A stretch of DNA of 64,000 nucleotides, taken from contig CAWGPQ010000008.1 in assembly GCA_963824495.1 (NCBI GenBank), forward strand, positions 205,111 to 269,110. The letters run 5' to 3'. The stretch's first letter is position 1; each line of letters begins with the position of its first letter. Origin of the DNA: an uncultured bacterium (lineage in GTDB: Bacteria; Babelota; Babeliae; Babelales; Babelaceae). The notes under the pieces were generated by a model. The model saw only the letters and a program-made list of their open reading frames with translations, was not told the origin of the DNA and made no database searches. Positions 30,870-43,028 of the stretch are shown piece after piece. The translations under genes were made by a program, and so were the position numbers.

Positions 30870-31116
30870 CATTTGTGTTAACTCTATGTCGCCATAGAGA
30901 TCGGACCATATCTTTATGTCGTAATTAAACGACACGTTCGGCGTGTGGTCTCTGAGGATTCTCTTAAGATCTAGACTAAGATTTTAAGAGCCTTTCCTGC
31001 TGATTGTCTCCACCTGATGCATTATCACTGCTCTTAAGAGCAAGTAGCACAGGATGCTCGAGATGTTCCAGCATATAGCCAAATTTTAAAACGGCCACTA
31101 ACGGCAGCAGTTATCA
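30870..31116 (-). ncRNA. Group I intron at 23S site L1923 (247 nt, no ORF)
   Basis: Inserted between AACGGU and CCUAAGG; terminal G; P/Q/R/S cores AUGCUGGAA, AAUCAGCAGG, CUCAGAGACCA, AAGAUAUGGUCC; IGS GCCGUU. Confidence 0.93.
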
Positions 31117-31122
31117 ACCGTT
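31117..31122 (-). other. 6-nt 23S micro-exon AACGGU (E. coli 1918-1923)
   Basis: The only 23S sequence between the two introns; restores GUAACUAU-AACGGU-CCUAAGGUAGCG. Confidence 0.93.
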
Positions 31123-31419
<297 letters not shown>

Positions 31420-32215
31420 CAATTCAATGCTTTGCTTTACAGCTAACATCTCCTATTAACCTTCCAGCACTGGGCAGGCGTCAGACTCTATACATCCTCT
31501 TACGAGTTTAGCAGAGCCCTGTGTTTTTGTTAAACAGTCGATTGGGCCTCTTTGTTGAAACCTAGCATTGCTTCTAGATTACTCCAGGCACAATGCAGGC
31601 ACCTCTTATCCCGAAGTTACGAGGCTATTTTGCCGAGTTCCTTAATGATACTTATCTCAACGCCTGAGCATTTTCAGCCCGTCTACCTGTGTCGGTTTGC
31701 GGTACGATTACTTTCACGACTCGCTAGAGGTTTTTCTTGTCAGTGTGAGATCAGTTGAATACACTTTGTCACTAGGACTTAGCATAACCGTAACACCTCA
31801 AGGATAACGACCGCACGGATTTACCTATGCGATCCCTCTTAGTGCTTAGCTTGGCAATCCATACGCCAAGTCAACCTGCCCTCCTGCGTCACCCCTTCAC
31901 TCAAATGCCGGAAAGTAGTGCAGGAATATTTAACCTGCTGTCCATCGCCTACTCCAATTGGCCTCGGCTTAGGTATCGACTAACCCTGAGCGGATAAACC
32001 GATCTCACGGAAACCTTAGACTTACGGCGAATAGGAATCTCACCTATTTTTTCGTTACTTATACCAACATATTCACTTCTCTGGTCCATCACCTGTCTTT
32101 CCAGTCAAGCTTGTATCTACCAGAGAACGCTCCCCTACCCCTACACTATATAACTATAATGTAAGCCATAGCTTCGGTAATTCGTTTGAGCCCCGCTCGT
32201 TTTTCAGCGCAAAAA

Positions 32216-32287
<72 letters not shown>

Positions 32288-32848
32288 TATTTTCACTTCT
32301 TTTACCACTTAACGAATATTTGGGGACCTTAGCTGATGGTCTGGGCTGTTTCCCTTTTGACCACGAAGCTTATCCCTCGTAGTCTGTCTCCTGTTTTCTA
32401 AAGGTGCGGCATTCAGAGTTAGTAAAAACCTGGTAAGCTTGCGCCCCCAAAGTTTAAACTGTGCTTTACCTCCACACCTGATTCAACAAGGCTATACCTA
32501 AATATATTTCGGGGAGAACCAGCTATTTCCCAGTTTGATTAGCCTTTCACTCCTACCCACACCTCATCCGAGCAGTTTTCAACCTACACCGGTTCGGACC
32601 TCCATCTCATGTAACTGAGACTTCATCCTGGACATGGGTAGCTCACTAGGTTTCGGGTCTATCTCATGCTACTAATGTCGCCCTATTCAGACTCGCTTTC
32701 GCTACGGCTCCGCTCTTTCTAAGCTTAACCTTGCAATATAAGATAACTCGTTGGCTCATTATGCAAAAGGTACGTGGTCGCGCGTACATATACATCGCTT
32801 CCACCGCTTGTAGACAATTGGTTTCAGTTTCTATTTCACTCCCCTCCC

Positions 32849-32895
<47 letters not shown>

Positions 32896-33590
32896 TCAAG
32901 AAGTATTTAGCCTTACCCGATGGTCTGGGCAGATTCCCGCAGAATTTCACGTGCTCTACGGTACTTGGGAGTATGTACTCATATGGTATAATAGCTTTTC
33001 GCTTACAAGGCTGTCACTTTCTTTGGCTGCCCTTTCCAGAGCAATTCAACTAAGTTATATACCGCTATGCCAAAAATTGCGTTTTTTGGACATACATATC
33101 CCGCTACCCCTAAAGTACAACACACGCAAGTTATCACGTACTTTACATTTAGGCTGTTCCCCTTTCGCTCACCACTACTGAGGGAATCACTTCGTTTTCT
33201 TTTCCTAGCGCTACTGAGATGTTTCAGTTCACGCCGTTCGCCCTCTTACCCTATGTATTCAGATAAGAATATCTTGGGTTTTCCAAGGTGGGTTTCCCCA
33301 TTCGGATATCTCCGGATCACAGCTTGGTTGACAGCTCCCCGAAGCTTATGGCAGCCTCCCGCCTCCTTCATCGCCTCTTGATGCCAAGGCATCCACCAAA
33401 AGCCCTTTTCAATTAATCACAAACTTTATACTTTCGTAACTCAGTTTTTGTATATCAGGACTATTACATTACAAATATTTCAAAGAACACAAGAAATTTT
33501 TCTTACTTATATAGTATAACAGAAATCACACGAAATTCTAGTCTAAAAGCACATAATTAAAGCAAGCTTAAAACAAGAAAAATGGCCTGT

Positions 33591-33615
33591 CATCCGTAGG
33601 CTGAGCGTAGGATGG
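33591..33615 (-). repeat. REP-like hairpin abutting tRNA-Ala CCA
   Basis: CCATCCTACGCTCAGCCTACGGATG. Confidence 0.65.
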
Positions 33616-33688
33616 TGGAGATGATCGGATTCGAACCGATGACCTTCCGCGTGCAAAGCGGACGCTCTACCAACTGAGCTACACCCCC
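33613..33688 (-). tRNA. tRNA-Ala(TGC)
   Basis: G3.U70 pair; loop TTTGCAC; located in the 16S-23S spacer. Confidence 0.96.
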
Positions 33689-33722
33689 ATACTTAAAGGA
33701 GGAAGTCTTGGCGATTGGCACG

Positions 33723-33748
33723 CCATCCGTAGCTTTAGCGTAGGATGG
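33723..33748 (-). repeat. REP-like hairpin abutting tRNA-Ile CCA
   Basis: CCATCCTACGCTAAAGCTACGGATGG; near-identical to 47916-47940. Confidence 0.7.
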
Positions 33749-33822
33749 TGGGCCTAAGTCGACTTGAACGACTGACCTCCCCGTTATCAGCGGGGTGCTC
33801 TATCCACCTGAGCTATAGGCCC
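33746..33822 (-). tRNA. tRNA-Ile(GAT)
   Basis: GGGCCTA acceptor; loop CTGATAA; located in the spacer. Confidence 0.96.
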
Positions 33823-33947
33823 CGATTGGTAGTTAAGCCTATTGAGCTAGCTATTATAGTCTACGATCTTGCATTCTCTGTACAATTTAATGATTCACAC
33901 CTTATTAAATAGTATTACCTATTTATTAAGATTTTAGATTCTCCCTC

Positions 33948-35476
<1,529 letters not shown>

Positions 35477-35576
35477 AAAAATTATTAGAGAAATCGCAAG
35501 ATCGTAGACTAAACTTTAGAATTTATTGGAAATTTCCTGTGTATTTCAAAGATAAATTTTGATCAACTATACTACT

Positions 35577-35604
35577 AGTATAATCACATTTAAATTCATG
35601 TCAA
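35577..35604 (-). promoter_or_regulatory. rrn promoter (proximal)
   Basis: TTGACA-16 nt-TATACT. Confidence 0.75.
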
Positions 35605-35656
35605 TCAGATCCAGCAACTAATTACTGACGATCTTTCTTCTGACTATTCATAGTAT

Positions 35657-35684
35657 AGTATAACTACGTAGTGAATTATGTCAA
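35657..35684 (-). promoter_or_regulatory. rrn promoter (middle)
   Basis: TTGACA-16 nt-TATACT. Confidence 0.75.
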
Positions 35685-35762
35685 ACTTTCGTTAGTTCAC
35701 TAAAACTAAACCGAAATGATTTCAACTTCTTCTTAAGTACTTCGAACTTAAGGACAGATAAA

Positions 35763-35790
35763 ATTATACCTTTATTAGAGGCGAAGTCAA
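35763..35790 (-). promoter_or_regulatory. rrn promoter (distal)
   Basis: TTGACT-16 nt-TATAAT with upstream A tract. Confidence 0.75.
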
Positions 35791-35797
35791 CATTTTT

Positions 35798-36406
35798 TTA
35801 AACTTTTTTAAAATCTCTTTTTGCCAGGAAAAAATGAGCAAGCTCTTGTGATACGAGCATCTCAAGATCGCTCAGTGCCTTTTCAAATTTTTCGTTAATA
35901 ATAGAGTACGTAAAAAACCCTGATTTCTGCTCTTCCTGACGCTCTTGTCGAGCAAGCTCAAGGCGAAATTCACGTTCAGCTAGCGAGTCTGTTGCCCTGC
36001 TTATAAGTCTTTCCTCAAGCGTCTTCATATCATGTACATCAAGCCATATCAACACAGAATTTTTGACCTGCAGGGCTACCTCTTGCGCCCCCTGACGATC
36101 AAGAATAAGAATTAACGACACGCCTTCTTTAAGTTTGGCTATCAGTGATCGCGGAGAACCATACTGTGCTCCATACGCACCACTCCACTCAAGAAAAAAG
36201 TTTTCGTTTTTTTTCTGCTCAAACTCGCGCTCACTAATAAAGTAATAATCTTTTCCATGAACTTCACCCGCACGAAGCTGCCTTGTTGTATACGTTACGC
36301 AGCGCTCAAGAAGATACTCTTTGCCAAGACGCTCAATAAGCGCACTTACTAGACTCGTCTTACCCGCACCGGAAGGGGCAGAGACCACAAAAAGCTTACC
36401 ATCCAT
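35798..36406 (-). CDS. gmk: Guanylate kinase
   Basis: SAPSGAGKTS, TTR..R.GEVHGKDYYF and YGS motifs. Confidence 0.95.
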   Translation of the reverse strand: MDGKLFVVSAPSGAGKTSLVSALIERLGKEYLLERCVTYTTRQLRAGEVHGKDYYFISEREFEQKKNENFFLEWSGAYGAQYGSPRSLIAKLKEGVSLILILDRQGAQEVALQVKNSVLIWLDVHDMKTLEERLISRATDSLAEREFRLELARQERQEEQKSGFFTYSIINEKFEKALSDLEMLVSQELAHFFLAKRDFKKV

Positions 36407-36596
36407 CTGCTTATCTCTCTCGTATACCTAGTTACACGGTTACACACTCCAGAGACCTTCCATGGTCCTCTCTTATCTCTTAATTATACAGTTAATTATT
36501 ATTACTGGCAAAATATGCAACTCTTTGAACAATAGTGTCTATTGTGCTATCTTACTCTAGACAGCAATAATAACCTATAACTTTAATAGACCACCT

Positions 36597-37685
36597 ATGC
36601 TTGTAGACGAACTTAAAGAAAAACTTAAAAGCAGCGAACCTGATCTTCTTACTATTAAGAGTTTCTGGCAAACCTCTTCACATGAAGAAGAATTTCAGCG
36701 TCTTTATGCTTTAAGCACAGAAGAAAATTTCTGGCAGAACCCCCAGCAGGCAAGTATTCTTAAATCATTGCAAAAAGTTCGCCAGCAACGAGATCGCTAC
36801 CTAGAGCTTCTTTCTGCTCACCAAGAGCTTGAAGAACTTATTACACTCTTTGAATATGATGAAGCAGAACTGGCTAAGCTGCGCGAAGAAGTTTTCCGTC
36901 ACGCTAAGCTACTTACACGCTTTAAAGTAGCCCTTTTGCTCAGCGGCGAGCAAGATGATGCCAACTGTTTCTTAAGTATTAATGCGGGAGCAGGGGGAAC
37001 AGAATCGCAAGATTGGTCAGACGTGCTACTGCGCATGTATCTCCGATTTTGCGAGCGTGAAAAGCTTGCCGTTTCCGTTATAGACTATCAGGCAGGCGAG
37101 GGTGCGGGTATTAAATCAGCAACGCTCTTTGTCCAAGGCAACCACGCTTACGGTCTTCTTAAGTGCGAGCAGGGCATACATCGCTTAGTGCGCATCTCGC
37201 CTTATGACGCAAACAAGCGACGCCATACGTCATTTGCTGGTGTTTTTGCTACACCAGAAGTACCCAATATTCAAATTACTATTGACCCCAAAGATATACG
37301 TATCGACACCTATCGAGCTGGTGGCGCCGGAGGCCAGCACGTCAACAAAACTGACTCTGCTGTTCGCATTACCCATTTTCCTTCGGGCATCGTTGTTCAA
37401 TGCCAAAATGAACGATCTCAAACACAAAACAAAGAAACTGCCATGAAAATGCTCATGGCACGCTTAGTTCAGAAAGACAAAGAAGAGCAGCAAGCGAAAC
37501 TTGCTTCTGTTGAAAAGAAAAAAATTGAATGGGGCTCACAAATTCGCTCATATGTCTTGCATCCCTATAAACTCGTCAAAGATCATAGAACCGATCTAGA
37601 ATCACCCCAACCAGAACTTATACTAGATGGCGATCTCATGTCATTTATTGAAGCATATCTTATTCATGCTCATTTAAATGAATAG
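36597..37685 (+). CDS. prfB: Peptide chain release factor 2 (continuous ORF)
   Basis: GAGGTESQDW, SPY anticodon-mimic variant of SPF, GGQ, WGSQIRSYV. Confidence 0.95.
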   Translation: MLVDELKEKLKSSEPDLLTIKSFWQTSSHEEEFQRLYALSTEENFWQNPQQASILKSLQKVRQQRDRYLELLSAHQELEELITLFEYDEAELAKLREEVFRHAKLLTRFKVALLLSGEQDDANCFLSINAGAGGTESQDWSDVLLRMYLRFCEREKLAVSVIDYQAGEGAGIKSATLFVQGNHAYGLLKCEQGIHRLVRISPYDANKRRHTSFAGVFATPEVPNIQITIDPKDIRIDTYRAGGAGGQHVNKTDSAVRITHFPSGIVVQCQNERSQTQNKETAMKMLMARLVQKDKEEQQAKLASVEKKKIEWGSQIRSYVLHPYKLVKDHRTDLESPQPELILDGDLMSFIEAYLIHAHLNE

Positions 37686-37791
37686 TTCATGTACACTTAA
37701 TCAGATGCTTTAATGAGCACCACACTGCTCGAGTAGCCCACTAATAGCAGCATGATCTCGCTCAATTGCTGATATCAAATCAGTTGTCATT

Positions 37792-38519
37792 CTAATTATT
37801 AGCACGATTAACGTCAGCGCCAGCTGCTATAAGCAACCCAACTATATTTGTATGCCCATGCTCCATTGCTAATGTAAGAGCAGTAGAGCCATCGCTACGG
37901 GCATGATTCATGTCAGCTTCGTGCTCTATAAGCAGTCTAACCGCATCTATGTGCCCATTTCGACTGGCCAGTATAAGCGCGGTATCATCCTGGAAATCCG
38001 CATGATTAACATCAGCGTCATACGCTATAAGCAGTCTAACTATATCAGTATGACCATTATGAGCCGCCCACATAAGAGCAGTGCGGCCCAAACTATCTTC
38101 ACTATTAACATCAGCACCCTCAGCAATTGCTTCTTCAGTAGCTTCGATATTTCCGCCCTCTGCGGCCCTAAGTAAAGCCTTGCTTGCAAAAGCGGCTTCG
38201 AAGCTATACCTATAATATTCAGGACCATAGCCTGAGGGTGGGGTATACTGAGCCGTGGTTGATGCTTTACCTATAGACTTTTCGTAGGCATCAGTAATGT
38301 TAATAAACAACTCCTGCGCTTCCTGCTTCTCCTTAGGAGCTTTAAATTTGTCTGGATGACACTTAAGAGCGAAGCTATAATATGCTTTTTTAATACTACC
38401 AGCAGAACTAGATAGCACTGCTTGGCCTAACTCATTACATGTACTTAATTGATCTTGTGCCCTTGTAGCAAAAAAACGGTACTTGCAAGTATGATACTAA
38501 AAATAATCTTGATCATCAT
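37792..38519 (-). CDS. Signal peptide + J-domain-like (HPD) + ankyrin repeats; frameshift at T7 tract 38470-38476
   Basis: AAGGAG SD and MMIKIIFSIILASTVF; adding one T joins this to CNELGQAVLSSSAGSIKKAYYSFALKCHPDKF and about four ankyrin repeats. Confidence 0.75.
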
Positions 38520-38903
38520 GATCTCCTTATAGTAATCGTGAGATTAATTAATAACACAAAGCTCAATCAATTTCTGATTCTGATTCTGAAGAACGCGCTT
38601 GATGTAGTTACACAGTATCCTGAGCAACTAAAAATAAACCTACCTATTACACCGATTTTAACATATAATAATTTCATTCTGCAATAATTGCTATATAAAA
38701 ATATCTTGATCAGCAAAGTAGACAGTCAGCATGTCGATAAAGCTAACGTGAAATAGTCCATGGGCAATAACACTCGTCAAAGTGCTCTACCAGTGCTCTT
38801 AGTGAAAAGCTTTCTTTCGCAAAAGCATAAATTTATTGAATATTTCAAATTAAAAATGATATGCTATACTTGTTGTTACATGTATATATAAAGGAAGAAA
38901 AAT

Positions 38904-40091
38904 ATGTTTAAGCAAAGCGTAAGTACTTTTATACTGTTGCTAAGTTTTTTTACGGGGCTCCAGGGTATTGCCAAGCGTTTGTCGATTTTTGAGAAACCGA
39001 TGCCATCAGGTGTACAACGGGTCATACTCTATTATGATCAACATTACCCAAACAAAGCCCTTGCTCAAGAACAAGCACGTACTATAGTGCAATCCTGTCA
39101 ACAACCTAATAGTATCTTGCTTTTAGAATCAGCACCACCTGATCAGTTTGTTCTTCAAGAAAAGGTTTATACTCTAACCCAAATATCAAATACCTATCTT
39201 CCTCAAGCGCAAGGTATGGCTGAAGCTTTCGGCAAACCTGAAGATACGCTTATTTTTCAACTTAACCAGAATGCAAAAGCCGATAGCACTAAGTTTCTCG
39301 ATAAACGAGCTCCACTTTTAGCTCTTCAATCTTTAACAACAATGCTGGTTGAGCTACCCTTTTTCAAAAGAAATACCAAATACTATAACTATATCAAACA
39401 ACAAATCCCTACATTTAATCTCTCTGTTGAGCAATTTTGGGCATCACATGCTCGCTTTTTTGAACACGCGCTCATAACCACACAAAATCTAAGAAAACTT
39501 GTTAAAGATAAAGTAACAAGAAAAATGCTTGATAGTCTTTTGCACAAGATTGAACAAGTAGGGCAACTTATAGCAGTAGGACAAGAACAATTTGCTCCTT
39601 ACAACGAATTACCATGGGCACAGCTCATTTTTGATCAAGCACAAGATCTCTATAATCAATCAGATGGGATAATACAGGCACGTGATCTTAGTAGTGATGT
39701 ACTTGGCGAGGCAGAATACCTGTTAATGAACTACTTACAGGCAGGCACTGAGGAAACAAATCTTTTGTTTGATATTTTTGTTCTTGCTGAGATTCTCTCT
39801 CCATCCGCGCCACGCCATGTATGCGTGGTAGCAGGATTTGTTCATGGCGACACCATAAGTGAAATGCTCCTTCGGCAGGGCTATACGCTTCTTTACGATT
39901 CGGGCTTTATTCTTACCAATGGAGAGATTATTCCCGATTCAAAGACATTATTAGAGGAAGTTAGCATGGAATATGGACATTTACCGACCGCACAAAAATT
40001 AGAAAAGTTTTATGCTTTCATCAAGCCCCTTTCGTCACAAGAATTAGGCCATGCCCAAAAAAGTAGAAAAGAACTTGAAGAGCATCCGTAA
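38904..40091 (+). CDS. Secreted protein, possible TraB/GumN (TIKI/EreA-ChaN-like) fold
   Basis: Signal peptide; ILYYDQH, LLLES and C-terminal VCVVAGFVHG..I..ML..QGY. Confidence 0.4.
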   Translation: MFKQSVSTFILLLSFFTGLQGIAKRLSIFEKPMPSGVQRVILYYDQHYPNKALAQEQARTIVQSCQQPNSILLLESAPPDQFVLQEKVYTLTQISNTYLPQAQGMAEAFGKPEDTLIFQLNQNAKADSTKFLDKRAPLLALQSLTTMLVELPFFKRNTKYYNYIKQQIPTFNLSVEQFWASHARFFEHALITTQNLRKLVKDKVTRKMLDSLLHKIEQVGQLIAVGQEQFAPYNELPWAQLIFDQAQDLYNQSDGIIQARDLSSDVLGEAEYLLMNYLQAGTEETNLLFDIFVLAEILSPSAPRHVCVVAGFVHGDTISEMLLRQGYTLLYDSGFILTNGEIIPDSKTLLEEVSMEYGHLPTAQKLEKFYAFIKPLSSQELGHAQKSRKELEEHP

Positions 40092-40122
40092 TAAGTATTC
40101 GGCCATTAACTATTTTAATATT

Positions 40123-41169
40123 TTAATAGGCACCGTAGCGCTCAAGCAGTTCGACAACCACTGGGTGATGCTCTTCGATTGCCATCTGTAAGGCAGTCTT
40201 GCCATTACCATCGACACGGTTAACATCAGCTTTATGGTGTATAAGAAGCTCAACTAGATCTGCATATCCATGCCAAGCCGCAACCATAAGAGGGGTAAGA
40301 CCAAATGTATCGGTAAGGTTAACGTCAGCACCATGCTCTAACAGCAGCTTGACGATATCTTTAAGCCCACGTTCAATTGCAAGCATAAGAGCCGGGCCTC
40401 CCAACCCCCTGCGAGCGTAATTTATATCTACATTATGCTCAACAAGCAACTCAACGATAGGCACGTGTCTATTCATTATCGCTAATGACAGGGGGGTATT
40501 TCCATAGCCATTAACGTGATTAACGTCAGCTTTACTGTTTACAAGCACACGAGCTATCTCTAAGTCCCCATTACTAGCCGCATATGTGAGTGCTGTATAA
40601 TCATCACGATTGACGAGATCAGGGCTTGCGCCACGTGTTAAAAGCAGCTCAACTATCTCAGGATGGCGACCAATAACTGCCCACATAAGAGCAGTGGTGC
40701 CATTTCGATCTGCACTATTAATGTTAGCACCTCGATCAAGCACTTGCTTAACATACTTTACCATACCCGACTTTACCGCTTTAATCAATAATGGATCTAA
40801 AGCGGCTACTTCCTCTGGCTCTGCCGGTTCTCTGCCTATAGCTCCTTCATAAGCATCAGTAATGTAAATAAAGAACTCCTGTGCTTTCTGCTTTTCTTTA
40901 GGAGTTTTAAATTTATCGGGGTGACAGGTAACGGCAAACCTACGATATGCCCTTTTAACGTAATCGACAGAACGAGCAGCTACTACCTCTTGGCCTAATT
41001 TATTGCATCTTTCAAACGAGCTCATCTCTTTGGTGCCAACACCGCTTTGCGTCCCTGTTTGTATAATACTACGCTCTTGCGCATAAGAAAGCGTAACCCA
41101 CTTCGTACTCAAACCAGCACTCAAAAGTATACTTACGCATGCAATCTTTACTACAGTTCTGTTCTTCAT
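40123..41169 (-). CDS. Signal peptide + J-domain-like (HPD) + ankyrin repeats
   Basis: VKRAYRRFAVTCHPDKF...AQEFFIYITDAYE, then about seven G.T.L..A...G ankyrin repeats. Confidence 0.85.
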   Translation of the reverse strand: MKNRTVVKIACVSILLSAGLSTKWVTLSYAQERSIIQTGTQSGVGTKEMSSFERCNKLGQEVVAARSVDYVKRAYRRFAVTCHPDKFKTPKEKQKAQEFFIYITDAYEGAIGREPAEPEEVAALDPLLIKAVKSGMVKYVKQVLDRGANINSADRNGTTALMWAVIGRHPEIVELLLTRGASPDLVNRDDYTALTYAASNGDLEIARVLVNSKADVNHVNGYGNTPLSLAIMNRHVPIVELLVEHNVDINYARRGLGGPALMLAIERGLKDIVKLLLEHGADVNLTDTFGLTPLMVAAWHGYADLVELLIHHKADVNRVDGNGKTALQMAIEEHHPVVVELLERYGAY

Positions 41170-41207
41170 ACTTTTTCCTCATTTCCCCTAAAATAATCAT
41201 GAATAAA

Positions 41208-41582
41208 CTACGCGTAATCCCACCAATCACCGTTTTTGTAAATATCAGCACCTACCTGAAGCGTCATGTCCTCAAGATTTGTTATAGTTACGACTTTATT
41301 ACCACATTTGGGAAGTATCCCAAAATCAATGAAAGCTCGATCATTTACGACTACTTTCTCTAAGCAACAGCCATCCTGATGACGATCTGTTGGCTTAAGC
41401 TCGATAGGTTGAGTAGTATTAGCCTTAATAGAAGTACTTAAACGTGCCTTTGCACAGGCAAGATCAAGAATAACGTCAACGTTATAACCAGTTTTGTTTG
41501 TTACCGTATAGATGTAAGCTTTTGTAGGCTGACTATACCAGCATACTATACTGAGAACTATGCTATAAAATACTTTTTTCAT
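41208..41582 (-). CDS. Small secreted Cys-containing protein
   Basis: Signal peptide; YTVTNKTG...C...CCL...CGN..VTI pattern shared with 49503 and 49990. Confidence 0.65.
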   Translation of the reverse strand: MKKVFYSIVLSIVCWYSQPTKAYIYTVTNKTGYNVDVILDLACAKARLSTSIKANTTQPIELKPTDRHQDGCCLEKVVVNDRAFIDFGILPKCGNKVVTITNLEDMTLQVGADIYKNGDWWDYA

Positions 41583-41592
41583 CCGGTTCCTT

Positions 41593-42180
41593 TCATGAGG
41601 TTATTATAGCTTGCTTACTACGAGAATCAATTGTTATCGTATAAATTTTGCCATTTTCGGGTGCCGTTAATGTAGCTGAAGCATATACAGGAACAGTTAT
41701 TGGATTACATGCCGGAGCAGGTTCGCCCTCAATTATATACTCAGGACATGGGGGATATTCTATGCGCGTTGCTCCCGTTGGATAGTTAGTCTGAATAGCA
41801 TAAGAAAGACTTTTGCTATCTCCAAAGTGATTTACAATATACGTATTGGGATAGGGCGTCGGCCATCCTGTGCTTGCATCCTGTCGAACGTCACCATCGG
41901 GCAATACTATAGTAATACTATCGACAAGCGATGGAATAGATGCCGAAGGCAAAGTTACCAAAACACCCTGATTATTTCTTGCTTTACCAGAAATCCATTC
42001 TGTTGCCGGCTCAAGCTCCTGACAATTTCCTTCAAAACACAGGGTTTGGGCAACAACGCCCCTCAAAGAAATAGGCGTCCCCGTTTTATTAACTATAGTA
42101 AATTGTTTTGTGTAGGTACTATGACCTACTCCCGTCAAGCAGCCAAGACCCATTACTATTAGGGCAAATCTTTTAATCAT
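41593..42180 (-). CDS. Secreted hypothetical protein
   Basis: Signal peptide; FTIVNKTG start of the mature part; two Cys pairs. Confidence 0.6.
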   Translation of the reverse strand: MIKRFALIVMGLGCLTGVGHSTYTKQFTIVNKTGTPISLRGVVAQTLCFEGNCQELEPATEWISGKARNNQGVLVTLPSASIPSLVDSITIVLPDGDVRQDASTGWPTPYPNTYIVNHFGDSKSLSYAIQTNYPTGATRIEYPPCPEYIIEGEPAPACNPITVPVYASATLTAPENGKIYTITIDSRSKQAIITS

Positions 42181-42314
42181 TAGTTTTTCCTGCTTTTTAA
42201 GTATTTATAGAAATTGAACTTACAATAATTATTTTATCACTGTGTTTGTTCAATTTGCAATAATATATAATAACAGGTTGTTTAATGGAGTAGAGTTTCT
42301 CGTGAAACCTATTT

Positions 42315-42401
42315 TGGTGCCGAGGACCGGAGTCGAACCGGTACAGTGTTACCACCACAGGCTTCTGAGACCTGCGCGTCTACCAATTTCGCCACCTCGG
42401 C
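42315..42401 (-). tRNA. tRNA-Leu(CAG)
   Basis: CAGGT-CTCAGAA-GCCTG; variable arm; CCA encoded. Confidence 0.93.
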
Positions 42402-42414
42402 ATATACGAAAGCT

Positions 42415-42771
42415 CTACGTAACGCTGATAAGAAACTCTTCTAGCCTATGACCTGCCAAAAAATGAGCATGGAGGTGAAAAACTTTCTGGCCTGCCTTAT
42501 AACCATTATTAATCAAGAACTTAAAATCATGAGCTTCAGGTATATCATGTGAAAGCTTTTTTGCCATTAAAAGCATATCAGCACCAAGATAACCATCATG
42601 ATACTCAAGTGAACCAAGATCTTTAATATGTTTTTTTGGCATAATCAAGTAGTGAATAGACGCCTTGGGGGCAATATCTTGAATCACTAAGATATCATCA
42701 GTTTCAGCCACCATAGTGCTGGGGATTTCTCGAGCGATAATCTTACAAAAAATACAATCTGGTACTCTCAT
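42415..42771 (-). CDS. HIT family nucleotide-binding protein
   Basis: DCIFCKII and GQKVFHLHAH (HxHxH). ATG at 42771; the track start overlaps the tRNA. Confidence 0.92.
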   Translation of the reverse strand: MRVPDCIFCKIIAREIPSTMVAETDDILVIQDIAPKASIHYLIMPKKHIKDLGSLEYHDGYLGADMLLMAKKLSHDIPEAHDFKFLINNGYKAGQKVFHLHAHFLAGHRLEEFLISVT

Positions 42772-42781
42772 AGGTCTTATC

Positions 42782-42868
42782 TGGTGCCGGGGGTCGGACT
42801 CGAACCGACATGATGTTGCCATCGCGGGATTTTGAGTCCCGTGCGTCTGCCAATTTCGCCACCCCGGC
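42782..42868 (-). tRNA. tRNA-Leu(CAA)
   Basis: CGGGA-CTCAAAA-TCCCG; CCA encoded. Confidence 0.95.
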
Positions 42869-43028
42869 TTGTTATGTCTCTTGGATACTGGCTCTATGAT
42901 ACTACAAAGGAAGATTTCGTCAATTTTTCACCCTGTATTAATCTATTTTTTTAAAACATTGATTAATTAAGCAATATTTTAGTACAGTATTTTTATATTA
43001 GATTATTTTTAATAAAAAGGAGAGAGTA

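Noticed and set aside
36597..36680. Programmed +1 frameshift in prfB
   Set aside because: The ORF is continuous and there is no CTT-TGA slippery site.
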